This document shows positions 16,160-24,752 of a stretch of 32,000 nucleotides of DNA, one piece after another. The DNA is from Candidatus Nanobsidianus stetteri. GTDB lineage: Archaea > Nanobdellota > Nanobdellia > Nanobdellales > Nanobdellaceae. The DNA is taken from the NCBI RefSeq assembly GCF_003086415.1, contig NZ_QEFP02000003.1:1-32000 (forward strand), given 5' to 3'. Positions within the stretch are counted from its first letter, which is position 1. Each line of letters opens with the position of its first letter. Both the position numbers and the translations under genes were made by a program. The notes under the pieces are model-generated. The model searched no databases, was not told the origin of the DNA, and saw nothing but the letters and a program-made list of their open reading frames with translations.

Positions 16160-17338
16160 TTATTCGTATCTCAATGCAACCATCGGATCAATTCTAGAAG
16201 CTTTTATTGCTGGTAATGTTCCAGATAAAATACCTATAAAGAATGGGAATACTAAAGAAAAGATTATTAATTGTACATTAATATATGGTTGTAATCCAAT
16301 AAATCCATAGAACTTTAATACTGAAGAAGCTATATATGATGTAAAGAATCCGAGCATTATTCCCAAAATACCTCCCAATAACCCAATAAATCCAGATTCT
16401 AATAAAAATAAAACTAATACTTCTATATTTTTCATTCCTAATGCTTTTAATAATCCAATTTCTCTATATCTTTCTAAAATTGATGTATACATTGTATTTA
16501 CAATATTTATTGCTGAAATTAATATAGATATTGATGCAATTATTAATGAAAACATAGATATTCCACCAATTATTTGATCTGCAATTTGTTCAATAGATTG
16601 TGCAGTTACTATTGTATATGTTTGACCCTTTAATGAATTTATATAATTATTTATTGAATTATATGCTATATTATAATTATAAACAATTACAATTAAATAA
16701 TTATAATTTATATTTCCAAATATTTTTTCATATTCACCTTCTGGAAATAAAATAGTATAATCTGGGTTTCCACTAGTTTGTTGTAATATCCCAACTACCT
16801 GACATCTTTGTCCAAATATATTTATATAATCTCCAACACTTATTTTTTGATTATTTAATGAAGGAGAATTTGCAATTTGATATCCCAAATCTACTTGGCA
16901 ATTATTATTATTTGTTATAAAAGTTCCTTCAAGAATATTATAATCTACATATGTTAAATAATTTATGTCATTTGTATTAATAACTAATACATCTGCAGGT
17001 ATTTGATAATTATTATATTTAATTATTGTAGAAGTCGAATATGCTTTAATAACCCTCTCTACTCCAGGTAATGTTTTAATATTTTCAATAAAACTATTTG
17101 TAAAATATCCAGAAATAGAACTAACAAATCCAGCTCTTGCACCAGGAAAAATAAATATCGCCTTATTTCCAAATTTATTTAATTCACTTTGAACATAATA
17201 TTGTAATCCTTGAGATAATGCAATTAATGTAAATATGGTAGCTATACCAATTGTAATTCCTAAAGATGTTAAAAAAGTCCTTAACTTTTTTGTTTTCAAA
17301 TATTTTAATATTAAAAATAAATAATCATTTATTTTCAT
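16160..17338 (-). CDS. ABC transporter permease, MacB/FtsX family
   Basis: N-terminal TM, a large extracytoplasmic domain, then three C-terminal TMs with the FtsX-type segment ILERYREIGLLKALGMKNIEVLVLFLLES..IGLLGGILG. The gene ends ..ASRIDPMVALRYE, a typical FtsX family ending. Confidence 0.8.
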   Translation of the reverse strand: MKINDYLFLILKYLKTKKLRTFLTSLGITIGIATIFTLIALSQGLQYYVQSELNKFGNKAIFIFPGARAGFVSSISGYFTNSFIENIKTLPGVERVIKAYSTSTIIKYNNYQIPADVLVINTNDINYLTYVDYNILEGTFITNNNNCQVDLGYQIANSPSLNNQKISVGDYINIFGQRCQVVGILQQTSGNPDYTILFPEGEYEKIFGNINYNYLIVIVYNYNIAYNSINNYINSLKGQTYTIVTAQSIEQIADQIIGGISMFSLIIASISILISAINIVNTMYTSILERYREIGLLKALGMKNIEVLVLFLLESGFIGLLGGILGIMLGFFTSYIASSVLKFYGFIGLQPYINVQLIIFSLVFPFFIGILSGTLPAIKASRIDPMVALRYE

Positions 17339-18755
17339 TTTTCTTTCTTTTTATTATATAATATATTATACCCATAAAGATTAGAGCCAATATTATTATA
17401 TCAATTACAATATTTCCAGACGATTTTTTATAATAAATATTATATCCAAGATATTCTAGAGAGGTATTATAAAGCATTGTATATTTATTTCCAAAGATAT
17501 CATTATAATATATTTGTATATATACTGTTGTGTTTGGATAACAATTGTTATTTAATGTAAATACAACAGAATTTGAATTTCCAGGATCCAATTCTCCAAT
17601 ATATCCCTGATTTGGTGAAATAATACATTCACCAGAACTATAAATATTTATATACATATTATATGCTGGTGCATTTCCATAATTGAATATATTAAATGTT
17701 AATGTTCCAGAACTATATGATCCAGATAAAGTTATATTTGGATATGCATTTATATTTTCAACAATGTATCCGTTTAAATTATATAATATTGAATTTGAAT
17801 AATATTGAACATTAAATGGAATATTTATGGTTCCATATAAATTATTATTTACAATTACTGTTATTGGAATATTTATTTCTTGTCCTGGTAATATATTATT
17901 AATATAAATGTTATTATTTGCAATTGAAATATTTGTACCTGTAAATGTTAATGAAATGTCTGATATATTTGAATTTGTTGGATTATATAATGTTAAATTA
18001 ATTATATTTTCTCCAATATTTAGATATCCAACATTATATAAAACTTCCAATCTATTATTTGATGGTAAAATAGGTACATTAATAATTGTTGTATAATTGT
18101 TAATATTTCCTAAAGGATCTTGATAAGTTATAAATAATGGAATTGTACAATAATTATTTGCATAATTTGATGGAATTAATAATTGGAAATTAACTAATGT
18201 AGAACCCGATAAATTAGATAAATATATTGAAGAAGGTTCTAATGAACATAAAGATGAATTTGATTGAATCAATACATTATATATTTCTTCTCCATAGTTT
18301 GTTATATTTAATGTTAAATTTGCAATACTTCCATAATAATTATTTGAATAATAATAATTACTAATTGTTATATATGGTAAATTTTCTACAAATATTGGAT
18401 ATATCTGTGAAATTTCACTAACTCCATTACTGTTTGTATAACTACCATTTATTATTATATCATAACTTCCAGGATTACAATTTTCATATAAATTTAATGA
18501 AGTGCAATAAGAATCTCCAGGATTTAAATATGGAATATAAATTGAAGATTGATTGGAATATATACAGTTTGGATAATATATATTTAGAGTAATCAAATTT
18601 GCCTGAGATTGGTCATTATTTACTATACAAACACCTAAATTTATATTATTATTGCTGTTTACTATTGTTGGGGATATTTTTGTAATATTTATTTGTAAAG
18701 AATATATATTAAACAATAAAAGGGCTAGCAAAAATATATAGATATATTTTTTCAT
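17325..18755 (-). CDS. secreted, C-terminally membrane-anchored Asn/Tyr-rich protein with repeated CARDB/COG1361-like beta-sandwich modules
   Basis: Sec-type signal MKKYIYIFLLALLLFNIYS. At least four repeats follow the pattern x-L-T-L-N-I-x-N-x-G (NLTLNITNYGEEIYNV, INLTLYNPTNSNISDI, TLTFNIFNYGNAPAYNM, LGVCIVNNDQSQANL). C-terminal TM IVIDIIILALIFMGIIYYII plus KRKKNENK. It sits between the ABC ATPase and permease genes. Confidence 0.55.
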   Translation of the reverse strand: MKKYIYIFLLALLLFNIYSLQINITKISPTIVNSNNNINLGVCIVNNDQSQANLITLNIYYPNCIYSNQSSIYIPYLNPGDSYCTSLNLYENCNPGSYDIIINGSYTNSNGVSEISQIYPIFVENLPYITISNYYYSNNYYGSIANLTLNITNYGEEIYNVLIQSNSSLCSLEPSSIYLSNLSGSTLVNFQLLIPSNYANNYCTIPLFITYQDPLGNINNYTTIINVPILPSNNRLEVLYNVGYLNIGENIINLTLYNPTNSNISDISLTFTGTNISIANNNIYINNILPGQEINIPITVIVNNNLYGTINIPFNVQYYSNSILYNLNGYIVENINAYPNITLSGSYSSGTLTFNIFNYGNAPAYNMYINIYSSGECIISPNQGYIGELDPGNSNSVVFTLNNNCYPNTTVYIQIYYNDIFGNKYTMLYNTSLEYLGYNIYYKKSSGNIVIDIIILALIFMGIIYYIIKRKKNENK

Positions 18756-18786
18756 GAGATTATTATATTTAAAACATTTATAAAAA

Positions 18787-19485
18787 TTATTTTAATAATT
18801 CTATTGTTTCATCTATTGTAGCATTATCTTTTAATATTTTTCCATTTCTTATTACTACTATCCTGTTAGTTTTTTCTGCTACTCTTAAATCATGTGTTAC
18901 TATTACAATTGTCCTATTTTCATCTTCATTTAATTTTTTTAATATATCTAATAATTCTTTTGCAGATTTTTCATCAATGTTTGCAGTGGGCTCATCTGCT
19001 AAAATTAATTTTGGATCTTTTGCCAATGCTCTAGCAATAACAACTCTTTGCTGTTGTCCTCCAGATAATTGATTTGGATAATTATACAATCTATCTCCCA
19101 ATCCAACCTTATTTAATAATTCCTTTGCTTTTTCTAAATTATTATTTCCAGAAATTCTTAAACCAATTTGTACATTTTCTAATGCATTTAGATAATTAAA
19201 TAAATAATATTGTTGGAATATAAATCCTATATACTTTCTTCTTAGTTCAGATAATTGATTATCATTTAATTTCGATATATCTTTATCAAATAAATATACT
19301 CTTCCTTTTGTAGGTCTATCTAAGCATCCCATTATTGCCAATAATGTAGATTTTCCTGATCCAGATGGTCCAACTATTGATAAAAATTCTCCCTCTTTAA
19401 TTTCTAAACTTACATTATCCAATGCCTTTATAGGATATCCTCCAACATAATATATTTTTTCAACATTTTCTAATTTAACTATCAT
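18787..19485 (-). CDS. ABC transporter ATP-binding protein (MacB/LolD-like)
   Basis: Walker A GPSGSGKST, Q-loop, signature LSGGQQQRVVIARAL, Walker B LILADEPTANID, and H-loop VTHD. Confidence 0.9.
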   Translation of the reverse strand: MIVKLENVEKIYYVGGYPIKALDNVSLEIKEGEFLSIVGPSGSGKSTLLAIMGCLDRPTKGRVYLFDKDISKLNDNQLSELRRKYIGFIFQQYYLFNYLNALENVQIGLRISGNNNLEKAKELLNKVGLGDRLYNYPNQLSGGQQQRVVIARALAKDPKLILADEPTANIDEKSAKELLDILKKLNEDENRTIVIVTHDLRVAEKTNRIVVIRNGKILKDNATIDETIELLK

Positions 19486-20117
19486 AATCTAATATATTTT
19501 TCAATTTCAAAAATATTTATTATTTTTGGTAAATCAATTTCTGGATAATACCATGCCAATTTTAATGGATATGGTGGATAATATATTCTTTTAAATAATT
19601 TTATATTTAATTTATTTTTTATTTGATATAAATTCGTATTTTTATCATCTATATATATTATATCTCTATCTATATCTATTAAATATTCAAATACATCAAT
19701 AATTGTTTTAAATTCCTCAGTTCCATAAACTAATATGTCTTTAAAATATTTATCCAAATTCGTTTTCTTAATTCTTTTTATTTTAATATCTTTTGTATCA
19801 TCAGTAGATGTTACTAAATATAAATCTCTATTTTTATATTTTTCTAAGAATTCTATAGTTCCAGGTAATATTATCTGATTTTCTGACCTCATTTTCCAAT
19901 AATATTCAATTATTTCATCTGGATTATCTTTTATTAAAAATCTTATCCATTTTCCCCTTTCAAATATTCCAAAATAATCTCCAAGATCTTCTACTGCAAG
20001 CATTGCTTCAGTAAATCCTTCATATAAATTTAATTCTTCTCGTATTTTTTCATAAATTAGAGGTATAACTGTATAACTATCTACGAGTGTTCCATCATAA
20101 TCTAGAGAAATTATCAT
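19482..20117 (-). CDS. HAD-superfamily hydrolase
   Basis: Motif I IISLDYDGTLVDS (DxDxT), motif II LYLVTST, and motif IV IIYIDDK. The stop overlaps the ABC ATPase start by 4 nt. Confidence 0.7.
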   Translation of the reverse strand: MIISLDYDGTLVDSYTVIPLIYEKIREELNLYEGFTEAMLAVEDLGDYFGIFERGKWIRFLIKDNPDEIIEYYWKMRSENQIILPGTIEFLEKYKNRDLYLVTSTDDTKDIKIKRIKKTNLDKYFKDILVYGTEEFKTIIDVFEYLIDIDRDIIYIDDKNTNLYQIKNKLNIKLFKRIYYPPYPLKLAWYYPEIDLPKIINIFEIEKYIRL

Positions 20118-20420
20118 TTAAAATACTTCCTGATCTAATAATATTTTATATCTCAATAGATCTTGTGTAATTAGTACAATACTATCATGTAAAATCTTTT
20201 GTATATCCAATACTTTAATAAATATTTTGTATTCATCTTCTTTTAATAAAGGTCTTTTTAATTCTTCACTATCAAATTTTTCCAATTCTTCTAATAATGT
20301 TTCCAATTCACTAATACCATCTTTTAATTTATCAATATTCCTTTTAATATCTTTAATAATTTTTATTTCTTCTTCATTTAATTTTTTATCATGATCTATT
20401 GCATCCCTTTCAGGATCCAT
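20118..20420 (-). CDS. hypothetical coiled-coil protein
   Basis: 100 aa, K/E/L/I-rich heptad-like sequence. The stop abuts the HAD start codon. No family recognised. Confidence 0.4.
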   Translation of the reverse strand: MDPERDAIDHDKKLNEEEIKIIKDIKRNIDKLKDGISELETLLEELEKFDSEELKRPLLKEDEYKIFIKVLDIQKILHDSIVLITQDLLRYKILLDQEVF

Positions 20421-20443
20421 AAAAAATAAAAAATCATTGGAAT

Positions 20444-20752
20444 TTATAAACTTACTTCTATTCTTTCATTATATTCCTTCTCAATATTCCATATTTTAAT
20501 ATCTTTCGTATACATTTGCTTTGGTTCTTTAGTATTGTCATCTAATACAATTACAATTGTTCCTGTTATTAATTTTCCAGTTCCAATAGATTCTTCTATT
20601 TTAAATCCTAGCCTTTGTATTAATTTTGTTACATCTTTTTTATATTTATCTATTATCTCCCTATTATTTGCTGCTATTGCCCCATATACATTTGTAATAA
20701 AACTTCTACCTGTTGGATTTACGGGCCTTAATAATTCTATAGATATTTCCAT
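20444..20752 (-). CDS. hypothetical protein
   Basis: 102 aa with a mixed alpha/beta-looking sequence (GRSFITNVYGAIAANN..., GKLITGTIVIVLDD). No family recognised. The antisense ORF 20535..20804 looks like a shadow. Confidence 0.45.
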   Translation of the reverse strand: MEISIELLRPVNPTGRSFITNVYGAIAANNREIIDKYKKDVTKLIQRLGFKIEESIGTGKLITGTIVIVLDDNTKEPKQMYTKDIKIWNIEKEYNERIEVSL

Positions 20753-20770
20753 TATGAATAGTTATATTAA

Positions 20771-20780
20771 ATATATAAAA
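20771..20780. promoter_or_regulatory. central TATA element shared by divergent 102-aa gene and metallophosphoesterase gene
   Basis: ATATATAAAA sits in the 48-nt spacer. TATATAA starts 29 nt from ATG 20801, and its complement TTTTATAT starts 28 nt from ATG 20752. Confidence 0.4.
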
Positions 20781-20800
20781 GTTTTCTTTATAGATTATCA

Positions 20801-21472
20801 ATGAAATTTTTGGTAACCTCGGATCTTCATCTACCAATTTTTTATAAAGAGTTTTATGAGAGTTTAAATAACATTAATGAAAAGATAGATTTTGTTATAT
20901 TATGCGGGGATATAATTGATAATAAAGAGCATATTTATTTAAAGAAACTATATTATTTGTTAACTAATAAATTTGGAAATATAAAAATATTTTCAACTTT
21001 TGGAAATAATGAAGCATCAATTTTATTAAATGGAGAGAAAGATAAAGATTTTTATAGAAGAGAATATAATTTTATTAATTGGCTAGATTATGAATATTAC
21101 AATTTAGGCGAATATTATTTATTGGGATTTGAAGGTTTTCCTGAGAGAACATGGAAAATGGTAAATATTGAAAATATAAAGGAATATTATTCTAAGAAAT
21201 TGGAAAATATATTTAATAGCTTAGATAAAAAAATAATTGTTTTTTCTCATTATGGTTTATTAAGAGATACTGTTTTAGGAGATCCTGCGCCAGAATGGGC
21301 ATTGTATTCAAAATATATTGAGAATTTAATTAAAAAATATTCTGATAAAATTATTTATGGATTTCATGGACATGCTCATCATTCAAAAAATTATAAAACA
21401 AAGATAAATAATACTGAAATATATAATGTTGCATTTCCATTACATAAAAAACCTTTAATCTTTGAAATATGA
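20801..21472 (+). CDS. calcineurin-like metallophosphoesterase
   Basis: Motifs in canonical order: VTSDLHL (DxH), LCGDIID (GDxxD), FGNNE (GNH[DE]-like), FSHYG, GFHGHAHH (GHxH). Confidence 0.75.
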   Translation: MKFLVTSDLHLPIFYKEFYESLNNINEKIDFVILCGDIIDNKEHIYLKKLYYLLTNKFGNIKIFSTFGNNEASILLNGEKDKDFYRREYNFINWLDYEYYNLGEYYLLGFEGFPERTWKMVNIENIKEYYSKKLENIFNSLDKKIIVFSHYGLLRDTVLGDPAPEWALYSKYIENLIKKYSDKIIYGFHGHAHHSKNYKTKINNTEIYNVAFPLHKKPLIFEI

Positions 21473-21630
21473 TTATAATATTTTTTGATATTTTTAATTT
21501 TAATAGTTGATATTACTTTTGCAAAAATATTTGTAATTATAACAAAATAAGAAATATTTTAGTATTTTGGAAATTTAAACCAATCCAGATAAACTTCATA
21601 TTAGTTAAAAAAGAAAAGTTCTATTATAAA

Positions 21631-21731
21631 TGCCGCCGCGGGGATTTGAACCCCGGACCTCCTGGTTTCTCACAAACTCATCGATTTTATTGGTTATGAG
21701 CCAGGCGCTCCAACCCCTGAGCTACGGCGGC
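21631..21731 (-). tRNA. tRNA with anticodon CAU (elongator Met type, or Ile2), with 28-nt intron at 37/38
   Basis: Reverse complement GCCGCCG-TA-GCTC-AGGGGTTG-GAGC-G-CCTGG-CTCATA[intron]A-CCAGG-AGGTC-CGGGG-TTCAAAT-CCCCG-CGGCGGC-A. The G1-C72 pair and the lack of a GGG/CCC anticodon stem argue against initiator identity. Confidence 0.85.
21667..21694 (-). other. tRNA-CAU intron (canonical position 37/38)
   Basis: ACCAATAAAATCGATGAGTTTGTGAGAA (tRNA sense). It contains ATGAG/GTGAG, complementary to anticodon-loop CTCAT. It has the same ACC... start and ...[AG]AGAA end as the tRNA-Leu intron. Confidence 0.75.
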
Positions 21732-21753
21732 TTAATAAATTCCTTATTTTTAA

Positions 21754-21761
21754 TTTTATAA
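21754..21761. promoter_or_regulatory. central TATA element shared by divergent tRNA-CAU and rps11
   Basis: TTTTATAA sits in the 53-nt spacer. On the plus strand TTTATAA starts 30 nt before ATG 21785. On the minus strand TTATAAAA occupies -30..-23 relative to tRNA position 1 (21731). Confidence 0.5.
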
Positions 21762-21784
21762 GATTATTTATAATTTTAAATTTA

Positions 21785-22180
21785 ATGGCTGAAAAGGAAA
21801 GATGGGGTATTGCATATATATATTCAAGTAAAAATAATACTATTATTCATATTACAGACATAACTGGTAGAGAAACAATTGCATTTAGTTCTGGTGGTAG
21901 GGTTGTTTTAGCTCAAAGATTAAAAGGTACACCAACTGCTGCAATTTTAGCTGCAAAACAGGCTGCTCAAAAGGCTTTGGAGAAGGGAATAAATGCTGTT
22001 CATGTTAGGGTAAGGGCGCCTGGTGGACATAATGGTCCCTGGGTTCCTACACCATCTGCACAGTTTGCAATTAAAACATTAATTACTTCAGGATTAAAGA
22101 TCGGAGTTGTAGAAGATATAACTCCAATACCACATGATCATTGTAGAAGGAAAGGAGGAAAGAGAGGAAGGAGATTATAA
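21785..22180 (+). CDS. rps11: 30S ribosomal protein S11 (uS11)
   Basis: [31 protein letters not shown]....[33 protein letters not shown].....[11 protein letters not shown]...[15 protein letters not shown] is the uS11 signature. Confidence 0.93.
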   Translation: MAEKERWGIAYIYSSKNNTIIHITDITGRETIAFSSGGRVVLAQRLKGTPTAAILAAKQAAQKALEKGINAVHVRVRAPGGHNGPWVPTPSAQFAIKTLITSGLKIGVVEDITPIPHDHCRRKGGKRGRRL

Positions 22181-22242
22181 ATTTTTATAAAATTCTCTTT
22201 AATATTTTCTTAATCAACCTTTTTATTGCATATAAATAAAAT

Positions 22243-23316
22243 CTAATTCTTTCCATTCGCTTTTTCCTCTAAAAATTTTATCAAATTTTCTATATCCTTT
22301 TCATATATTAATCCACCAGCCGCTTTTGGATGTCCTCCTCCACTTATTCCATATATTTTTGCAAATTCTCTCATTAATATTCCTAAATCATATTTTCCAG
22401 ATTGATTTCTTAATGATATACTATATTTTTTATATTTTCCCTTAAATAATCTTCCAAATAATTTTTCTCTTAATGATAGTACTACTATTATTTTTTCAGG
22501 ATAAAATGATGACAAAATTGTAGATATAACTGAAGATTTCTTTGCTTTAAATACCAATAATTTTTCAGATTCATATATTTTTTTAGCACTTTTTAATCCT
22601 TCATAATATTTTATTGCTCTATTCTTTAATTTTTTCAAGTCAAATTCTTTTATAAACTCTTCAATATTTAATGCTTTATCAATATTTTTTGATATTTCAT
22701 ATGGATGTGCTATTAAAAATAAATAAAAATATATTATATAGGGAATGTAAAAATATTTACCATTATAAAATCCTTTGTAATTTTTTAATAGATCTTTTAA
22801 TAGTTCTTTGTCATTTTCTAACATAAAATCCCCTATAGATCCAATAGATGCCAATAATGAATATTTTGAAAATTCATCACCGAATAATATTTTTCCAATT
22901 CTATATGATATACTAGTTGTACATATTTCTAAATTAAATAATGCTCTTACATCAAAATATATTAAATTGTTTGGTAAATCTTCTGGAACCCTTCTTTTAT
23001 GATGATCTAAATATATTATTTTTATTTTTTCATGTCTCTTAGAAAAACTAATTAAATATTTGTCATCCATTGGTGTGTCTAAAAATATTATTGTATTTAT
23101 TGTTTTCTTATTAAATATTATTCCATCCAATATTCTTATTAGATCTAAATTATTTTCTCCAGTAATTCTAAAATATTCCATATATTTCTTATTCAATTTT
23201 TCTAATATTATTTTCATTAAACTCAATGCCATTTTTCCATCCAAATCTGAATCCGCTACAATCAATATTTCTTCATTTGAATCTTTTATCTCTTTCGCTA
23301 TATCTGAAAAATCCAT
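22243..23316 (-). CDS. DHH/DHHA1 phosphoesterase, RecJ-like (all catalytic motifs present)
   Basis: Motif I/II ILIVADSDLDGKMA, IIFLDT, motif III YLDHHK, motif IV GSIGDF, and the DHHA1 motif SGGGHPKAAGG. Confidence 0.8.
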   Translation of the reverse strand: MDFSDIAKEIKDSNEEILIVADSDLDGKMALSLMKIILEKLNKKYMEYFRITGENNLDLIRILDGIIFNKKTINTIIFLDTPMDDKYLISFSKRHEKIKIIYLDHHKRRVPEDLPNNLIYFDVRALFNLEICTTSISYRIGKILFGDEFSKYSLLASIGSIGDFMLENDKELLKDLLKNYKGFYNGKYFYIPYIIYFYLFLIAHPYEISKNIDKALNIEEFIKEFDLKKLKNRAIKYYEGLKSAKKIYESEKLLVFKAKKSSVISTILSSFYPEKIIVVLSLREKLFGRLFKGKYKKYSISLRNQSGKYDLGILMREFAKIYGISGGGHPKAAGGLIYEKDIENLIKFLEEKANGKN

Positions 23317-23351
23317 TTAATATTAAAATATAATAATATTTAAAAGCATAG

Positions 23352-23423
23352 GCCCCGATAGCTCAGCGGTAGAGCGGTGGACTCGTAATCCACAGGTCCC
23401 GGGTTCAAATCCCGGTCGGGGCT
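23352..23423 (+). tRNA. tRNA-Thr (anticodon CGU)
   Basis: GCCCCGA-TA-GCTC-AGCGGTA-GAGC-G-GTGGA-CTCGTAA-TCCAC-AGGTC-CCGGG-TTCAAAT-CCCGG-TCGGGGC-T. All stems are perfectly paired. Length 72 nt. Confidence 0.92.
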
Positions 23424-24072
23424 ATCTTCTATACCTGTAATAATTTCCATAGTAGTTTCCATAATTATATCCGTAGTAATTATAATAATTACTATAGTTT
23501 TGTTGATTATATTGTAAATTACTTTCAGCGAAATTATTAATATTTTCTTCTTCATTTTCTTCTTCAAATTTTTTCTCTTCTTCTTCAATGAATTCTGGTA
23601 ACAATTTATCTATTACATATACTGCTGTATATATTAATGGGAAGAAAATTATTACGGAGAGAAAATCTATATAATTAAATTCTATTACCCCATATATAAA
23701 TGGCGTAAACATAATCTGAAAATAAGAAAAGAATCCAGTTTTCCCAAGTATTTTTGCAATCTTTTTTCTTTTTATAGATGATATTAATATAAATAAGGAT
23801 AAAAGTAAGAAAAATAATGTTATAATTAATTTATTATAATCATTAAGCTCATTATTTAAGTATAGATGCCTTAACCAATCTATAGAAACCCATGAAAATA
23901 TAATGCTATTTGCTAATGAATGTGAATATCTAAGTTCTTTTCTTTCTACTAAGAATTCCATTGCAAACCATGTTATATAAACTGGATATGTAACCCATAT
24001 AATTTCAACATTTGTAAGTGTAGATATAAATATTGTTAAGAATGCTTGAAACAATGATATTATATCTATCAT
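23422..24072 (-). CDS. hypothetical multi-pass membrane protein with acidic linker and Tyr/Asn/Gly low-complexity C-terminal tail
   Basis: About 5 hydrophobic helices, then EFIEEEEKKFEEENEEEN, then NYSNYYNYYGYNYGNYYGNYYRYRR. The stop codon (23422-23424) overlaps the 3' end of the convergent tRNA-Thr by 2 nt. Confidence 0.5.
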   Translation of the reverse strand: MIDIISLFQAFLTIFISTLTNVEIIWVTYPVYITWFAMEFLVERKELRYSHSLANSIIFSWVSIDWLRHLYLNNELNDYNKLIITLFFLLLSLFILISSIKRKKIAKILGKTGFFSYFQIMFTPFIYGVIEFNYIDFLSVIIFFPLIYTAVYVIDKLLPEFIEEEEKKFEEENEEENINNFAESNLQYNQQNYSNYYNYYGYNYGNYYGNYYRYRR

Positions 24073-24140
24073 TATAATAAATAAAAAATCTTGAAATATT
24101 AAAATATTAATTTTTAAGTATAAATTCTAGAATAAAGATT

Positions 24141-24752
24141 ATGGGGCTAGATATATTATATGTATTGATTGTAATATTTGATATATTAATATCTATATGG
24201 AATGCATACAATGCTGGAAAAGCTTTGGAATATATGAAATTAAATAATATAGAAAGTGATTGGCCAAGGATGGTTGCATACTCTACATTAATATTATCCT
24301 TTGCAGGTGCAGCATATGGTAATGCATCATTATTATCAATTGTAGCATATTACTTAGGATATATTGATATATATACATTATTAGGAATCCTTTCATTCTC
24401 ATTTTTAGTGTTTGGATTTTTAATAATATTGTTTGGAATTGTTATAACTATAAATAGTATAATTGTTGCATCAAAAACAAAGAGTTTCTTCGATATATTT
24501 ATTGCAATATATAATAGTATTGCTGTTATTTGGGATATATATACATATATAGAAGGATTTTCTACAGCATTCAATATATTAAAAGATCAATTTGGTAATG
24601 AAGAAAGAAATTCACAGGGCATATTTATTTTAATAATAATTGCCGCAATATTAATTGCAGTATTTATGGTATATGGTGCATTTAAATATGGTAAAGCTTC
24701 TGTATATAAAGTAGAAAATCTATCCGTACAACCATCACCAATTGAAAGCTAA
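24141..24752 (+). CDS. hypothetical multi-pass membrane protein
   Basis: 203 aa with 5-6 hydrophobic helices. No family recognised. The stop overlaps the ATG of the next gene (TAATG). Confidence 0.5.
   Translation: MGLDILYVLIVIFDILISIWNAYNAGKALEYMKLNNIESDWPRMVAYSTLILSFAGAAYGNASLLSIVAYYLGYIDIYTLLGILSFSFLVFGFLIILFGIVITINSIIVASKTKSFFDIFIAIYNSIAVIWDIYTYIEGFSTAFNILKDQFGNEERNSQGIFILIIIAAILIAVFMVYGAFKYGKASVYKVENLSVQPSPIES

Noticed and set aside
20118-20752. Tandem roughly 100-aa genes as a toxin-antitoxin pair
   Set aside because: No PIN, HEPN, MNT, RelE, VapB or other TA-type motifs are recognisable. The only R-x4-H string, RDAIDH, is at the extreme N-terminus of a coiled-coil protein. The genes sit in a tight co-directional block with HAD and ABC genes rather than as an isolated two-gene module.
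23340-23588. 82-aa ORF covering tRNA-Thr on the opposite strand
   Set aside because: It is created by the GC-rich tRNA sequence plus the out-of-frame tail region of the 216-aa membrane protein gene. It has no independent support.
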